Assembly: GCA_963812115.1 (NCBI GenBank)
Contig: CAWEUD010000013.1
Span: 141,590 to 205,589 of the forward strand
Direction: 5' to 3'
DNA from: an uncultured Chloroflexia bacterium
Lineage (GTDB): Bacteria > Chloroflexota > Limnocylindria > QHBO01
DNA length: 64,000 bases
Part shown: piece after piece, positions 29,994-38,610 of the stretch
Numbering within the stretch: the first letter of the stretch is position 1
Layout of the letters: each line of letters opens with the position of its first letter
Made by a program: the position numbers and the translations under genes
The notes under the pieces: generated by a model
The model's database searches: none
What the model was told of the DNA's origin: nothing
The model's input: only the letters and a program-made list of their open reading frames with translations

Positions 29994-32801
29994 ATGACGA
30001 ATGCCTCGGACGGAGTCGGCCGCGTGCGGCAGTGGGGGATCCTGTTCGCGGGGTTCGCTATCGTCGCAGCGTCGATGATAGCGGTGACTTCATCGACCGT
30101 CGCAGCGACGGACGATGTCGGGTATCAGGGGCCGAGCTACGCCGACCCAACCACCAGCGCGACCAAGGCGCCCACCGAATCCAAACCGGAGAGCAAGCTC
30201 TGGTGGAATGACGGCATCTGGTGGGGCAGCCTGTACGCGGCCGGCAGCCACGCGTTCCACATCTTTCGGCTCGACACGGCGGCGAACACGTGGACCGACA
30301 CCGGTGTCGAGATCGATGCGCGGCCAGCCAGTCGGCAGGACACGCTGTGGGATGGCGGTGCCGGGAAACTCTACGTCGCCTCGCATTACTTCAGCTCTTC
30401 GCAGGTAGGGACGCAGGGGTCGGCCAGCGCTGCAAGGCTCCTTCGGTACAGCTACAGCGCGTCCACCAAGACGTACACGCTCGATTCCGGCTTTCCACAG
30501 ACAATCAGCACTTATCGGAGCGAAACGCTCGTCATCGACAAGGACTCGACGGGTAAGTTGTGGGCCACCTGGACGCAGGGAACCTCGTCGACGGGCTTCA
30601 GGATTTGGGTCAGCGCTACCACCAATGGCGACTCCGATTGGGGAACACCCTTCAACCCGAACGTCACCAATGGGGCCTCTCTGCAGCTAAGCGCCGACGA
30701 TATTTCGTCGGTTGTCGCATTCGGCGGGAACCGGATCGGCATCATGTGGTCGAACCAGAACAGCCGGGCGATGCACTTCGCCGTGCACTACGACGGGGAC
30801 CCGGTGAACCAGTGGCGCATTCAGGCGATCGCCTATGGCGGCGGCAGCAGGCCGGAAGCCGACGACCACATTAGCCTGAAGTCGCTTGAGGCCGATGCAC
30901 AGGGCCGAGTATTCGCTGCCATCAAGACGTCGCTCAACGACGTGAGCCCGAAGTCGCCGAATGATCCGCTGCTCGTGCTGCTCGTCTACTACCCGGACAA
31001 CGGAGCCTCGGGAACTTGGACCAGCACAACGTTCAGCACGGTCCAGTACGGGCAAACAAGGCCGATCCTACTGCTCGACAGCACGGATCAGCTCGTACAC
31101 ATGTTTGCGACATCGAGCGACTCTGGGGGCGTCATCTATGAGAAGACGACGCCAATGGCGAACCCGAGCTTCGCGCCCGGGCCCGGAAATGTCTTCATGA
31201 AGGACGCGTCCAGCAACGATCTGAACAACGCCACGTCCACGAAGCAATCGGTGAACAGCCAGACCGGTCTGGTCGTGCTCGCCAGCAACGACACGGAGCA
31301 CTATTACTGGCACAATTACCAGCAGCTTGGTGGCGCCACCCCGACGCCCAGCGCCACCCCGACGCCCAGCCCCACCCCGACGCCCAGCTCGTCGCCTCCG
31401 CCCGGCTCGGGCACGATCTCGCTGGTCGGCAGCTCCTCTGGTGCAAACGCGGGTGATCGGTCGCTGACGCTCGAGCTGCCCACCGGGACGGCGTCCGGCG
31501 ATGTCCTGGTCGCATCCATCTCGATGCGCGGCTACCGCGAACCCACGTCCTCCCCGTCGGGCTGGACGATGGTCCGCTCCGACGTCGTCGGCACCACCAT
31601 GATCCAGTCGGTCTGGACCCACGTGATTGGCTCATCGGAGCCGGCCAGCGTGACCTGGCAGTTCCAAAAGCCGCAGGCCGCAGCCGGCACTATCCTCGCT
31701 TACCGCGGCGTGGCTACCGACCGCCCCATCGACGCGCACGCCGGTGCGGTGGGCGACGGGAGCGCGAACATCACCGCGCCATCGGTGACCACCACGGAGA
31801 GCGGCGACCAGCTGGTCGGCTTCTTTGGGATCGCCCGGTCCGCGTCCTTCACGGCGCCGAGCGGGATGTCGCTGCGCCAGCAGTCCGTTTCGGACCAGAG
31901 CACCTACAAGATCAGCGTGGCCGTCGCCGACCAGTCACTCAGTGCTGCCGGAGCGTCGGGCACTCGCGCGGCATTGGCATCCGGCTCGGGCACCAGCATC
32001 GGCCAGCTCATCGCACTCCGGCCGGGCACGAGTGGCAGCACGCCTCCGCCCACGCCTTCCGCCACGCCTATCAGCACCCCGAGCGCTACGCCCACGCCCA
32101 CCCCCACGTCCAGCGCTACGCCCACCCCGACGCCCAGCCCAACCCCGACGCCCAGCTCGTCGCCTCCGCCCGGCTCGGGCACGATCTCGCTGGTCGGCAG
32201 CTCCTCTGGTGCAAACGCGGGTGATCCGTCGCTGACGCTCGAGCTGCCCACCGGGACGGCGTCCGGCGATGTCCTGGTCGCATCCATCTCGATGCGCGGC
32301 TACCGCGAACCCACGTCCTCCCCGTCGGGCTGGACGATGGTCCGCTCCGACGTCGTCGGCACCACCATGATCCAGTCGGTCTGGACCCACGTGATTGGCT
32401 CATCGGAGCCGGCCAGCGTGACCTGGCAGTTCCAAAAGCCGCAGGCCGCAGCCGGCACTATCCTCGCTTACCGCGGCGTGGCTACCGACCGCCCCATCGA
32501 CGCGCACGCCGGTGCGGTGGGCGACGGGAGCGCGAACATCACCGCGCCATCGGTGACCACCACGGAGAGCGGCGACCAGCTGGTCGGCTTCTTTGGGATC
32601 GCCCGGTCCGCGTCCTTCACGGCGCCGAGCGGGATGTCGCTGCGCCAGCAGTCCGTTTCGGACCAGAGCACCTACAAGATCAGCGTGGCCGTCGCCGACC
32701 AGTCACTCAGTGCTGCCGGAGCGTCGGGCACTCGCGCGGCATTGGCATCCGGCTCGGGCACCAGCATCGGCCAGCTCATCGCACTCCGGCCAGCGCCCTA
32801 G
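29994..32801 (+). CDS. large secreted protein: propeller-like N-terminal domain plus two near-identical ~215-aa domains separated by PT-rich linkers
   Basis: Signal peptide (ILFAGFAIVAASMIAVTSSTVAA). The N-terminal half is paralogous to 25295..26713. The C-terminal half is an internal duplication. Confidence 0.8.
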   Translation: MTNASDGVGRVRQWGILFAGFAIVAASMIAVTSSTVAATDDVGYQGPSYADPTTSATKAPTESKPESKLWWNDGIWWGSLYAAGSHAFHIFRLDTAANTWTDTGVEIDARPASRQDTLWDGGAGKLYVASHYFSSSQVGTQGSASAARLLRYSYSASTKTYTLDSGFPQTISTYRSETLVIDKDSTGKLWATWTQGTSSTGFRIWVSATTNGDSDWGTPFNPNVTNGASLQLSADDISSVVAFGGNRIGIMWSNQNSRAMHFAVHYDGDPVNQWRIQAIAYGGGSRPEADDHISLKSLEADAQGRVFAAIKTSLNDVSPKSPNDPLLVLLVYYPDNGASGTWTSTTFSTVQYGQTRPILLLDSTDQLVHMFATSSDSGGVIYEKTTPMANPSFAPGPGNVFMKDASSNDLNNATSTKQSVNSQTGLVVLASNDTEHYYWHNYQQLGGATPTPSATPTPSPTPTPSSSPPPGSGTISLVGSSSGANAGDRSLTLELPTGTASGDVLVASISMRGYREPTSSPSGWTMVRSDVVGTTMIQSVWTHVIGSSEPASVTWQFQKPQAAAGTILAYRGVATDRPIDAHAGAVGDGSANITAPSVTTTESGDQLVGFFGIARSASFTAPSGMSLRQQSVSDQSTYKISVAVADQSLSAAGASGTRAALASGSGTSIGQLIALRPGTSGSTPPPTPSATPISTPSATPTPTPTSSATPTPTPSPTPTPSSSPPPGSGTISLVGSSSGANAGDPSLTLELPTGTASGDVLVASISMRGYREPTSSPSGWTMVRSDVVGTTMIQSVWTHVIGSSEPASVTWQFQKPQAAAGTILAYRGVATDRPIDAHAGAVGDGSANITAPSVTTTESGDQLVGFFGIARSASFTAPSGMSLRQQSVSDQSTYKISVAVADQSLSAAGASGTRAALASGSGTSIGQLIALRPAP
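31354..32791 (+). repeat. direct duplication: 31354-32023 and 32122-32791 (670 nt each, offset 768 nt) with a 98-nt PT-linker between
   Basis: The two copies match base for base in the printed sequence. I located only two differences, at 31373/32141 and 31459/32227 (GDR vs GDP). Shadow ORFs in other frames are also identical (31700..31903 = 32468..32671). Confidence 0.95.
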
Positions 32802-32879
32802 GTCACTATGGCACCGTCTTTAGCTGCGGGCCCGGAGTCAGTGGGCCTACCGCGCTCAGCGCTCATCACCGCGTACCGC

Positions 32880-33668
32880 TCAGCTATGTAGCCCTGCCGA
32901 ATGGGTGCTACCGACGCCGGCATCGCGGACGTGACGGTAGGCCAGCCACAGGAACCACAGCACGCCGGCCGCATACATCAGCTCTGCCCACTCGATAAGC
33001 TTGGAGACGGTGTACTGGGATTCGGGGCCAGAGGCAATCCGTAGTACTCGGAAGCCGACCATGGTGCCGAACGCAGCCGAGAGGAAGAGCGGCGGAACGA
33101 ACAGTGAACGCCCTTGGTCCCAACGCTCGGCGAATCGGAAGCGCCAGTTCAATGGATCCGCGACGACGGCGTACAGCGAGGTCAGCAGCAGGACCGCATT
33201 GAAGGCACCGAGTACTCCAGAGATGTTGTGGACGGTAATCTCTTCCTGGTCGTTAATTTGCCCGAGCCACTCCGGGGTCTCGAGGCGGAGCAGGCGCTGA
33301 CCCCACGCGATCTCCTCTCCCGCGATGAACAGGAGCGCGCCTGCAGTCAGCGCGAAGAGTGCCGCCTGCCATCGGTGTCCTGAGCGCCACCGGCTACGGG
33401 CGACGAGGGCAGAGACGATCGCGCCACCCAGGAAACAGAAGAACTGGAGGGTCTCGACGAGGCCATCTTCCTCGAGGACGAAGCGGAACGTCGGAAGATG
33501 AATGGCGCGCAGCGCGATCAGGAACGCGAGGCCGACGGGCGGGAGGAGCATAGCCGCCCAAGCGTAAGACGGAGATACGCCTCGCTCGTCCGCTGAATTG
33601 GTTATTGCACTCACCGTCACCCTCCCATTCTGGGCCGAACAGCCAACCTCAGGCCATGGGCCAGTCAC
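32880..33668 (-). CDS. integral membrane protein, unknown function
   Basis: Six or more hydrophobic segments. The start may be internal (M at 33551). No family recognised. Confidence 0.5.
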   Translation of the reverse strand: MTGPWPEVGCSAQNGRVTVSAITNSADERGVSPSYAWAAMLLPPVGLAFLIALRAIHLPTFRFVLEEDGLVETLQFFCFLGGAIVSALVARSRWRSGHRWQAALFALTAGALLFIAGEEIAWGQRLLRLETPEWLGQINDQEEITVHNISGVLGAFNAVLLLTSLYAVVADPLNWRFRFAERWDQGRSLFVPPLFLSAAFGTMVGFRVLRIASGPESQYTVSKLIEWAELMYAAGVLWFLWLAYRHVRDAGVGSTHSAGLHS

Positions 33669-33958
33669 CGGCGCCCACGGTGGCGCCAGTGCACATGACA
33701 GTCGAACCGCTTGCGCGACGGCCGGACATGGCCCATTGGTACCAGAGAGCGCGGATCACGTTCCGAGCCTAGCGCGCGCTTTGTCGGGGAGCAGTCGCCC
33801 GCCTCGTGGTGGCTCACCTCGCCGGCATTATGGGTGACCCGTGCCGCGACGTTCCCAGCCACCATGGTCGCTACGAGACCTCACCGATGGCTTCAGGCAG
33901 ATGCCCAAGGGCGTCGTCGCGCATTGGCCCCCGTCCACAAACGGCAGGCCGATCCTCG

Positions 33959-35392
33959 TCAGCGGCGGACCGTCGTCTCCTGACCGTTCGGGGTATCGCG
34001 CACCTCGACGCCCATCGCCGCCAGCTCGTCGCGCAGTCGGTCCGAGGTGGCGAAATCGCGCTCGGCTCGCGCCCTTGCTCGCTCCTCGAGCAGTGCCGCA
34101 GCGCCTTCGGGCAGCTCCGTGATCGGCTCGTCGGGCGGTGCCGCGAGGTCCAGGCCGAGCACGCGGTCGAAGTCGAGCAGCAGGGCGCGCCGCTGCGGCG
34201 GGTCGAGGTCGTCGGCGCCGGCGACCATCTGGGCGATAGCCAATGCGGCGGGCAGACCAAGGTCCTCGGAGATCGCGCCCACGAAGCGAGCCCGATACGC
34301 GCCCAGGGGCCCAGAGTGCAGGTCCGTATCGGCCCCGTCGGACACGCCATCCGCGACGGCGCGACGGAGGCGACGCAGGCCCGACGTGGCGGCGTGCATC
34401 GCCTCCTCCGTGAAGTCGAGCTTGGACCGATAGTGCGCGGTGAGCGCCAGGTATCGGAAGGCGAGCGGCTCGAAGCCTTTGGACGGCAGCTCGGAGACGC
34501 GGATCACGTTGCCCGCCGATTTCGCCATCTTGGCATCGGCGAGGGTGAGGAACTCACCGTGCATCCAGATGCTCACCACGCGCTGCCCGGTGACCCCCTC
34601 CGACTGCGCGATTTCGCCCTCGTGGTGCGGGAACTTGAGGTCGATCCCGCCGGTGTGGATGTCGAACCGCTCGCCCAGGTACTTCATCGACATCGCGGAG
34701 CACTCGATGTGCCAGCCCGGGAAGCCCTCGCCCCAGGGTGACGGCCACTTCATGAGGCGGCCGGGCTCCGCGGCCTTCCAGAGGGCGAAGTCCTTCGGGT
34801 CTCGCTTGTCGCTCTCGATCTCCACGCGATGCCCGGCCTTCATCTGGTCGAGCCGCTGCCCGGACAGCTGGCCGTAACCGGGGAACTCGCTCACGTCGTA
34901 GTAGACGTTGCCGTCGACCTCGTAGGCCAGGCCGCGCTCCAGCAGGTCGGCGGTGATGCCGATCATCTGCTCGATATGATCGGTCGCCTTCGGCATCACG
35001 TCAGCCGGCCGCATGTTCAGCAGCCGCTCGTCCTCGAGCCAGGCGTCGGTGTAGAACTCGGCGATATCGGCTGGCGACTTGCCCTCGACCTCGGCTGCCA
35101 GCAGGATCGGGTCCTCGCCGGTCTCGCGCATGTGGCCGACATCGGTGATGTTCTTCACGTAGAGGACGTCGTAGCCCAGGTACTCGAGCACGCGGCGCAG
35201 CAGGTCTCCGAAGAGGTAGGTGCGCAGGTTGCCGATATGCGCGTAACGGTAGACCGTGCTCCCGCAGGTGTAGATCGTGACGCGCCCGGGCGTCACCGGC
35301 CGCAGCGGATCGAGCTTGCGGGTGAGGGAGTTGTGGAGGCGGACCTCGGGGAGGGCCTGCGCTTGCGTCGATTCCGGCATGGGTCGTCGCAT
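33959..35392 (-). CDS. cysS: cysteine--tRNA ligase
   Basis: HIGN (YAHIGNLRTY) and KMSKS-type (KMAKSAGN) class I motifs, with CysRS-specific blocks (CGSTVY, WHIECS). Confidence 0.95.
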   Translation of the reverse strand: MRRPMPESTQAQALPEVRLHNSLTRKLDPLRPVTPGRVTIYTCGSTVYRYAHIGNLRTYLFGDLLRRVLEYLGYDVLYVKNITDVGHMRETGEDPILLAAEVEGKSPADIAEFYTDAWLEDERLLNMRPADVMPKATDHIEQMIGITADLLERGLAYEVDGNVYYDVSEFPGYGQLSGQRLDQMKAGHRVEIESDKRDPKDFALWKAAEPGRLMKWPSPWGEGFPGWHIECSAMSMKYLGERFDIHTGGIDLKFPHHEGEIAQSEGVTGQRVVSIWMHGEFLTLADAKMAKSAGNVIRVSELPSKGFEPLAFRYLALTAHYRSKLDFTEEAMHAATSGLRRLRRAVADGVSDGADTDLHSGPLGAYRARFVGAISEDLGLPAALAIAQMVAGADDLDPPQRRALLLDFDRVLGLDLAAPPDEPITELPEGAAALLEERARARAERDFATSDRLRDELAAMGVEVRDTPNGQETTVRR

Positions 35393-35474
35393 TGTACCGA
35401 TGGAGGCGCGCCGGGCGGTGTCACGCCCAGGTCGGTCAGCCCGGGGCGCTCACGACCACGATCCCGCTCCCACC

Positions 35475-37391
35475 TCAGCCGCCCTGTGCCTGCGCGACCT
35501 CCGAGGCATCGGCAGCGGTCCCCTCGCCCGGTCCATCGCCGGACGCCGCTTCACGCCGAAGCTCGCGCAGCGCGCCCTGGTCGATGCCGGCGAAGCGTGG
35601 CAGGTCCCGGATCGAGGCGGAGCGCGCCAGGCGCTCCTGCATCTTGCCCAGCACCAGCCGGCTGAAGTCGGGCGTGGCCATCAGCTGCCGCAGCGTGTCG
35701 GCGGGGATCTCGAGCAGGGTGGTGTCCTCGTCCGCCACGACGTCCGCGGTGCGCGGTGATCCCGTCAGCGCGGCGATCTCGCCCATCACGTCGCCGGCTC
35801 CCATGCCGGCCAGGGCACGGTACTCGCCGCCCTCGGCGGTCGAGCCGGCGACGACCTGGCCGGAGAGGATGAAGTACGCCGCGTCGCCGGACTCGCCGGC
35901 CCGCGTGATGGCGGTACCTGCCTCGGCCTCCACGACGCGGCCGTGGCTCATCAGTGCGTCGCGGTCGCGCGGAGGCATGCCAGCAAGCGCGGGGATGTAG
36001 CGGCCGAGGAGCTGGATGTCGGCCGGGGTCGCTGGGCGCACCGCACCCAGCGCGGCCTTCGGCGCGGACCGCAGGAGCGTCATGGTGCGGCGCCACTCGG
36101 CCGCCGGCTGGCCGATGCCCGGCAGCAGGGAGCCTCCCAAGGCGGTCAGGATCAGGGCGCCGGAGCTGACGGCGAAGAGGACCTGCACGTCGAAGATGTC
36201 GGCCAGGCCCGCCAGGCCCATGCCCACCAGGTAGACGACGTCGCGCAGGACGTAGTTGGTGCTGAAGACGCGGCCGCGCATCTCGCGCGGCGTGTTGCGC
36301 TGGTTGATCAGCCGGCCCGCCACGAACGACGGCGCATTCAGGACGCCCGACACCCCGATCAGGGCGATGGCGACCCACACGTTCGTCGTGAGCGCGTATG
36401 CCAGCCCCGCCAGCCCCATGCCCAGGAAGCTGAGGATGAGCCAGCTGCCCTCGCGCAGCCGATCGGCAAAGCGGGCCATCAGCAGGCTGCCGACCACGAA
36501 GCCGACCGAGGTGATCCCCTCCTGCAGCCCGTACTCGAACTCCGTCGCGTCGAGGACGGTCAGGGCGAACGGCAGGAGCAGCACGTTCTGCAGGCCGAAG
36601 ATGACCATGATCGGCGTGCGGAGGATGTTCATCGAACGGAGCACGGGAGTCTGCCAGATGAAGCGTGCGCCCACGCCCAGGTTGCGGAAGACCTCGCGCA
36701 CCGTCGTGTGCTCCTCGATCTCCAGCTTCGGGACGCTGACCATGACGATCATCAGGCCGGAGAAGAGGAACGTGGCCGCGTCGATGTAGAAGACGATGTC
36801 TCGTGCAACGCCGATGAGCAGCCCCGCCAACGCGAAGCCGACCGCGGTCGATCCGAACTGCGCGATCGCCATCAGCGAGTTCGCCGCCGCCAGCTCTTCG
36901 TCCGACGCGATCTCTGGGAGGACGCTGTCGTTCGCGGGATCGAAGAACTGCTGCACCGATGCCGAGAGCAGCACGATCACGTAGAGCCACAGGATGTCGC
37001 CGGACGTCTCGAGGAGGATGGGGATCGCGGCGACCAGCGCGGCCCGCAGGATGACCGAGACGACCATGATCGCCTTGCGGTCGAAGCGGTCGACGAAGAC
37101 GCCAGCCACCAGGCCGAAGATGAGCGTGGGGATGGCGGAGACCATCAGCATCAGCCCGACGTTCAGGACCGAGCCGGTGACCTGGTAGACGATGATGCCG
37201 GCTGCCAGCGAGGTCAGCGCATCGCCGATGGTGGAGATGAGCTGCCCGGTCCACAGGTAAGTGAACGACCGGTTTCGGAAGATGGCGAACGGGCCTACCT
37301 GTGGGGTCCGCGTCGTGACAGTCACCGAGCATGCTCCTCCGATGCGCGCCGGTGCGGCGGCAGCTCCCGCGGTGGGTGCGCATTGTGGCAC
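35475..37391 (-). CDS. MFS transporter fused to a C-terminal cyclic-nucleotide-binding domain
   Basis: The N-terminal ~420 aa form a 12-TM MFS (FRNRSFTYLWTGQLISTIGD). The C-terminus FILSGQV......LAGMGAGDVMGEIALLTGSPRTADVVA-type block is a cNMP-binding beta-barrel. The exact start is uncertain. Confidence 0.8.
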   Translation of the reverse strand: MPQCAPTAGAAAAPARIGGACSVTVTTRTPQVGPFAIFRNRSFTYLWTGQLISTIGDALTSLAAGIIVYQVTGSVLNVGLMLMVSAIPTLIFGLVAGVFVDRFDRKAIMVVSVILRAALVAAIPILLETSGDILWLYVIVLLSASVQQFFDPANDSVLPEIASDEELAAANSLMAIAQFGSTAVGFALAGLLIGVARDIVFYIDAATFLFSGLMIVMVSVPKLEIEEHTTVREVFRNLGVGARFIWQTPVLRSMNILRTPIMVIFGLQNVLLLPFALTVLDATEFEYGLQEGITSVGFVVGSLLMARFADRLREGSWLILSFLGMGLAGLAYALTTNVWVAIALIGVSGVLNAPSFVAGRLINQRNTPREMRGRVFSTNYVLRDVVYLVGMGLAGLADIFDVQVLFAVSSGALILTALGGSLLPGIGQPAAEWRRTMTLLRSAPKAALGAVRPATPADIQLLGRYIPALAGMPPRDRDALMSHGRVVEAEAGTAITRAGESGDAAYFILSGQVVAGSTAEGGEYRALAGMGAGDVMGEIAALTGSPRTADVVADEDTTLLEIPADTLRQLMATPDFSRLVLGKMQERLARSASIRDLPRFAGIDQGALRELRREAASGDGPGEGTAADASEVAQAQGG

Positions 37392-37432
37392 CAGCGTTCC
37401 GGTGCACGCAGGCGTTCGCTACCATCGCGGGC

Positions 37433-38026
37433 ATGCCCCAGCACGATGCGCGCGACTCGTGGCCGCTGACGATGGGCGAGGAACCGATCCACTGCCCGGC
37501 CTGCGGCCAGCTGCTGCGCGAACGAACGCTGGAGCCCGACCACCGGCCGCGCCTGGTGTGCCCGGCCGGGCACGTCACCTGGCGCAACCCGCGCATCGTG
37601 GTCGGGACGCTTCCCATCCGGCAGGGCCGCGTCTTCCTCGCCCGCAGGACCATCGAGCCGGGCGCCGGCCTGTGGACCTACCCCGGCGGCTTCCTCGAGA
37701 TGGGAGAGGCCGCCCAGGAGGGTGCACGGCGCGAGACGGAGGAGGAGACGCTGCTGCGCGTCGAGGTGGGGCGGCTCATCGGTGCCTACTCGCGACCGAA
37801 GGTCGGCGTGGTCACGCTCATCTACGAGGCGACCGTGCTGGGCGGCGAGCCGCTGCCGGGCGTGGAGACGAGCGAGGTGCGAGATTTCGGGCCGGACGAG
37901 ATCCCCTGGGGCGAGCTGGCGTTCACGACCGGCGAGAGCGCGCTGCGCGACTGGATCGCGTCGCTGCCGGGTCGCGGCCCGCGGTTCGAACCGGAGCTCT
38001 ACGTCGAGGGCGATCCGGAGATCTAG
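37433..38026 (+). CDS. NUDIX hydrolase with an N-terminal zinc-ribbon
   Basis: CPACG...CPAGH cysteine pairs. Nudix box GGFLEMGEAAQEGARRETEEETLL. ATG at 37433; the upstream part of ORF 37331 is rejected. Confidence 0.8.
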   Translation: MPQHDARDSWPLTMGEEPIHCPACGQLLRERTLEPDHRPRLVCPAGHVTWRNPRIVVGTLPIRQGRVFLARRTIEPGAGLWTYPGGFLEMGEAAQEGARRETEEETLLRVEVGRLIGAYSRPKVGVVTLIYEATVLGGEPLPGVETSEVRDFGPDEIPWGELAFTTGESALRDWIASLPGRGPRFEPELYVEGDPEI

Positions 38027-38499
38027 GCGGGCGCGGGGCTCTCCGGCTGCTCGCGCAGCACGTCGCCACGCAATGGGAGGCCGGCGCCCAGTAGCGCACC
38101 GTACGCCAGCGTGGCCAGCACCGGGATCAGGGCGAGGCCGGCAGTCACGTCCGTCCGATCACCGATGAGCGCGGCGATCAGCGCCCAGGCCAGCAGCGCG
38201 AAGCAGGGCGATGCGACCGCCACTGTCGAGCGCACGGTGAAGAAGCGCGCGAAGAAGTAGGCGAAGATCATGCCCACCCCGGCGGCGGCCAGCTGCACGA
38301 CGGCGAAGCCGATGACGAAGGCCGTGGCGGAGTCGCTCCGTCCGGGCGCCAGCAGTGCGACGACCGGTCGCAGCGCGGCCAGCGAATCGGCCCGCAGGAT
38401 GGCACCGCCAAGCATGGCGATGGCAAGCCACGCGTAGCCCGCCGCGAGCCCCGTGACGAAGCCCCGGTAGGCAAGCCGCAGGCCGTTGACCACGGTCAT
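38023..38499 (-). CDS. small integral membrane protein, unknown function
   Basis: Four hydrophobic helices. ATG at 38499 (MTVVNGLRLAY...). The 3' end overlaps the convergent NUDIX gene by 4 nt. Confidence 0.45.
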   Translation of the reverse strand: MTVVNGLRLAYRGFVTGLAAGYAWLAIAMLGGAILRADSLAALRPVVALLAPGRSDSATAFVIGFAVVQLAAAGVGMIFAYFFARFFTVRSTVAVASPCFALLAWALIAALIGDRTDVTAGLALIPVLATLAYGALLGAGLPLRGDVLREQPESPAPA

Positions 38500-38610
38500 C
38501 CGAAGGTGGGGGCAGCGATCACCATGCGCCGATGCTACGCGCTGCGGGATCCGCGGTGACAGAGTGCCGATGGTCCTGCCGCCGAGCGTACCTCGGCCGG
38601 CGGGCAAGCC

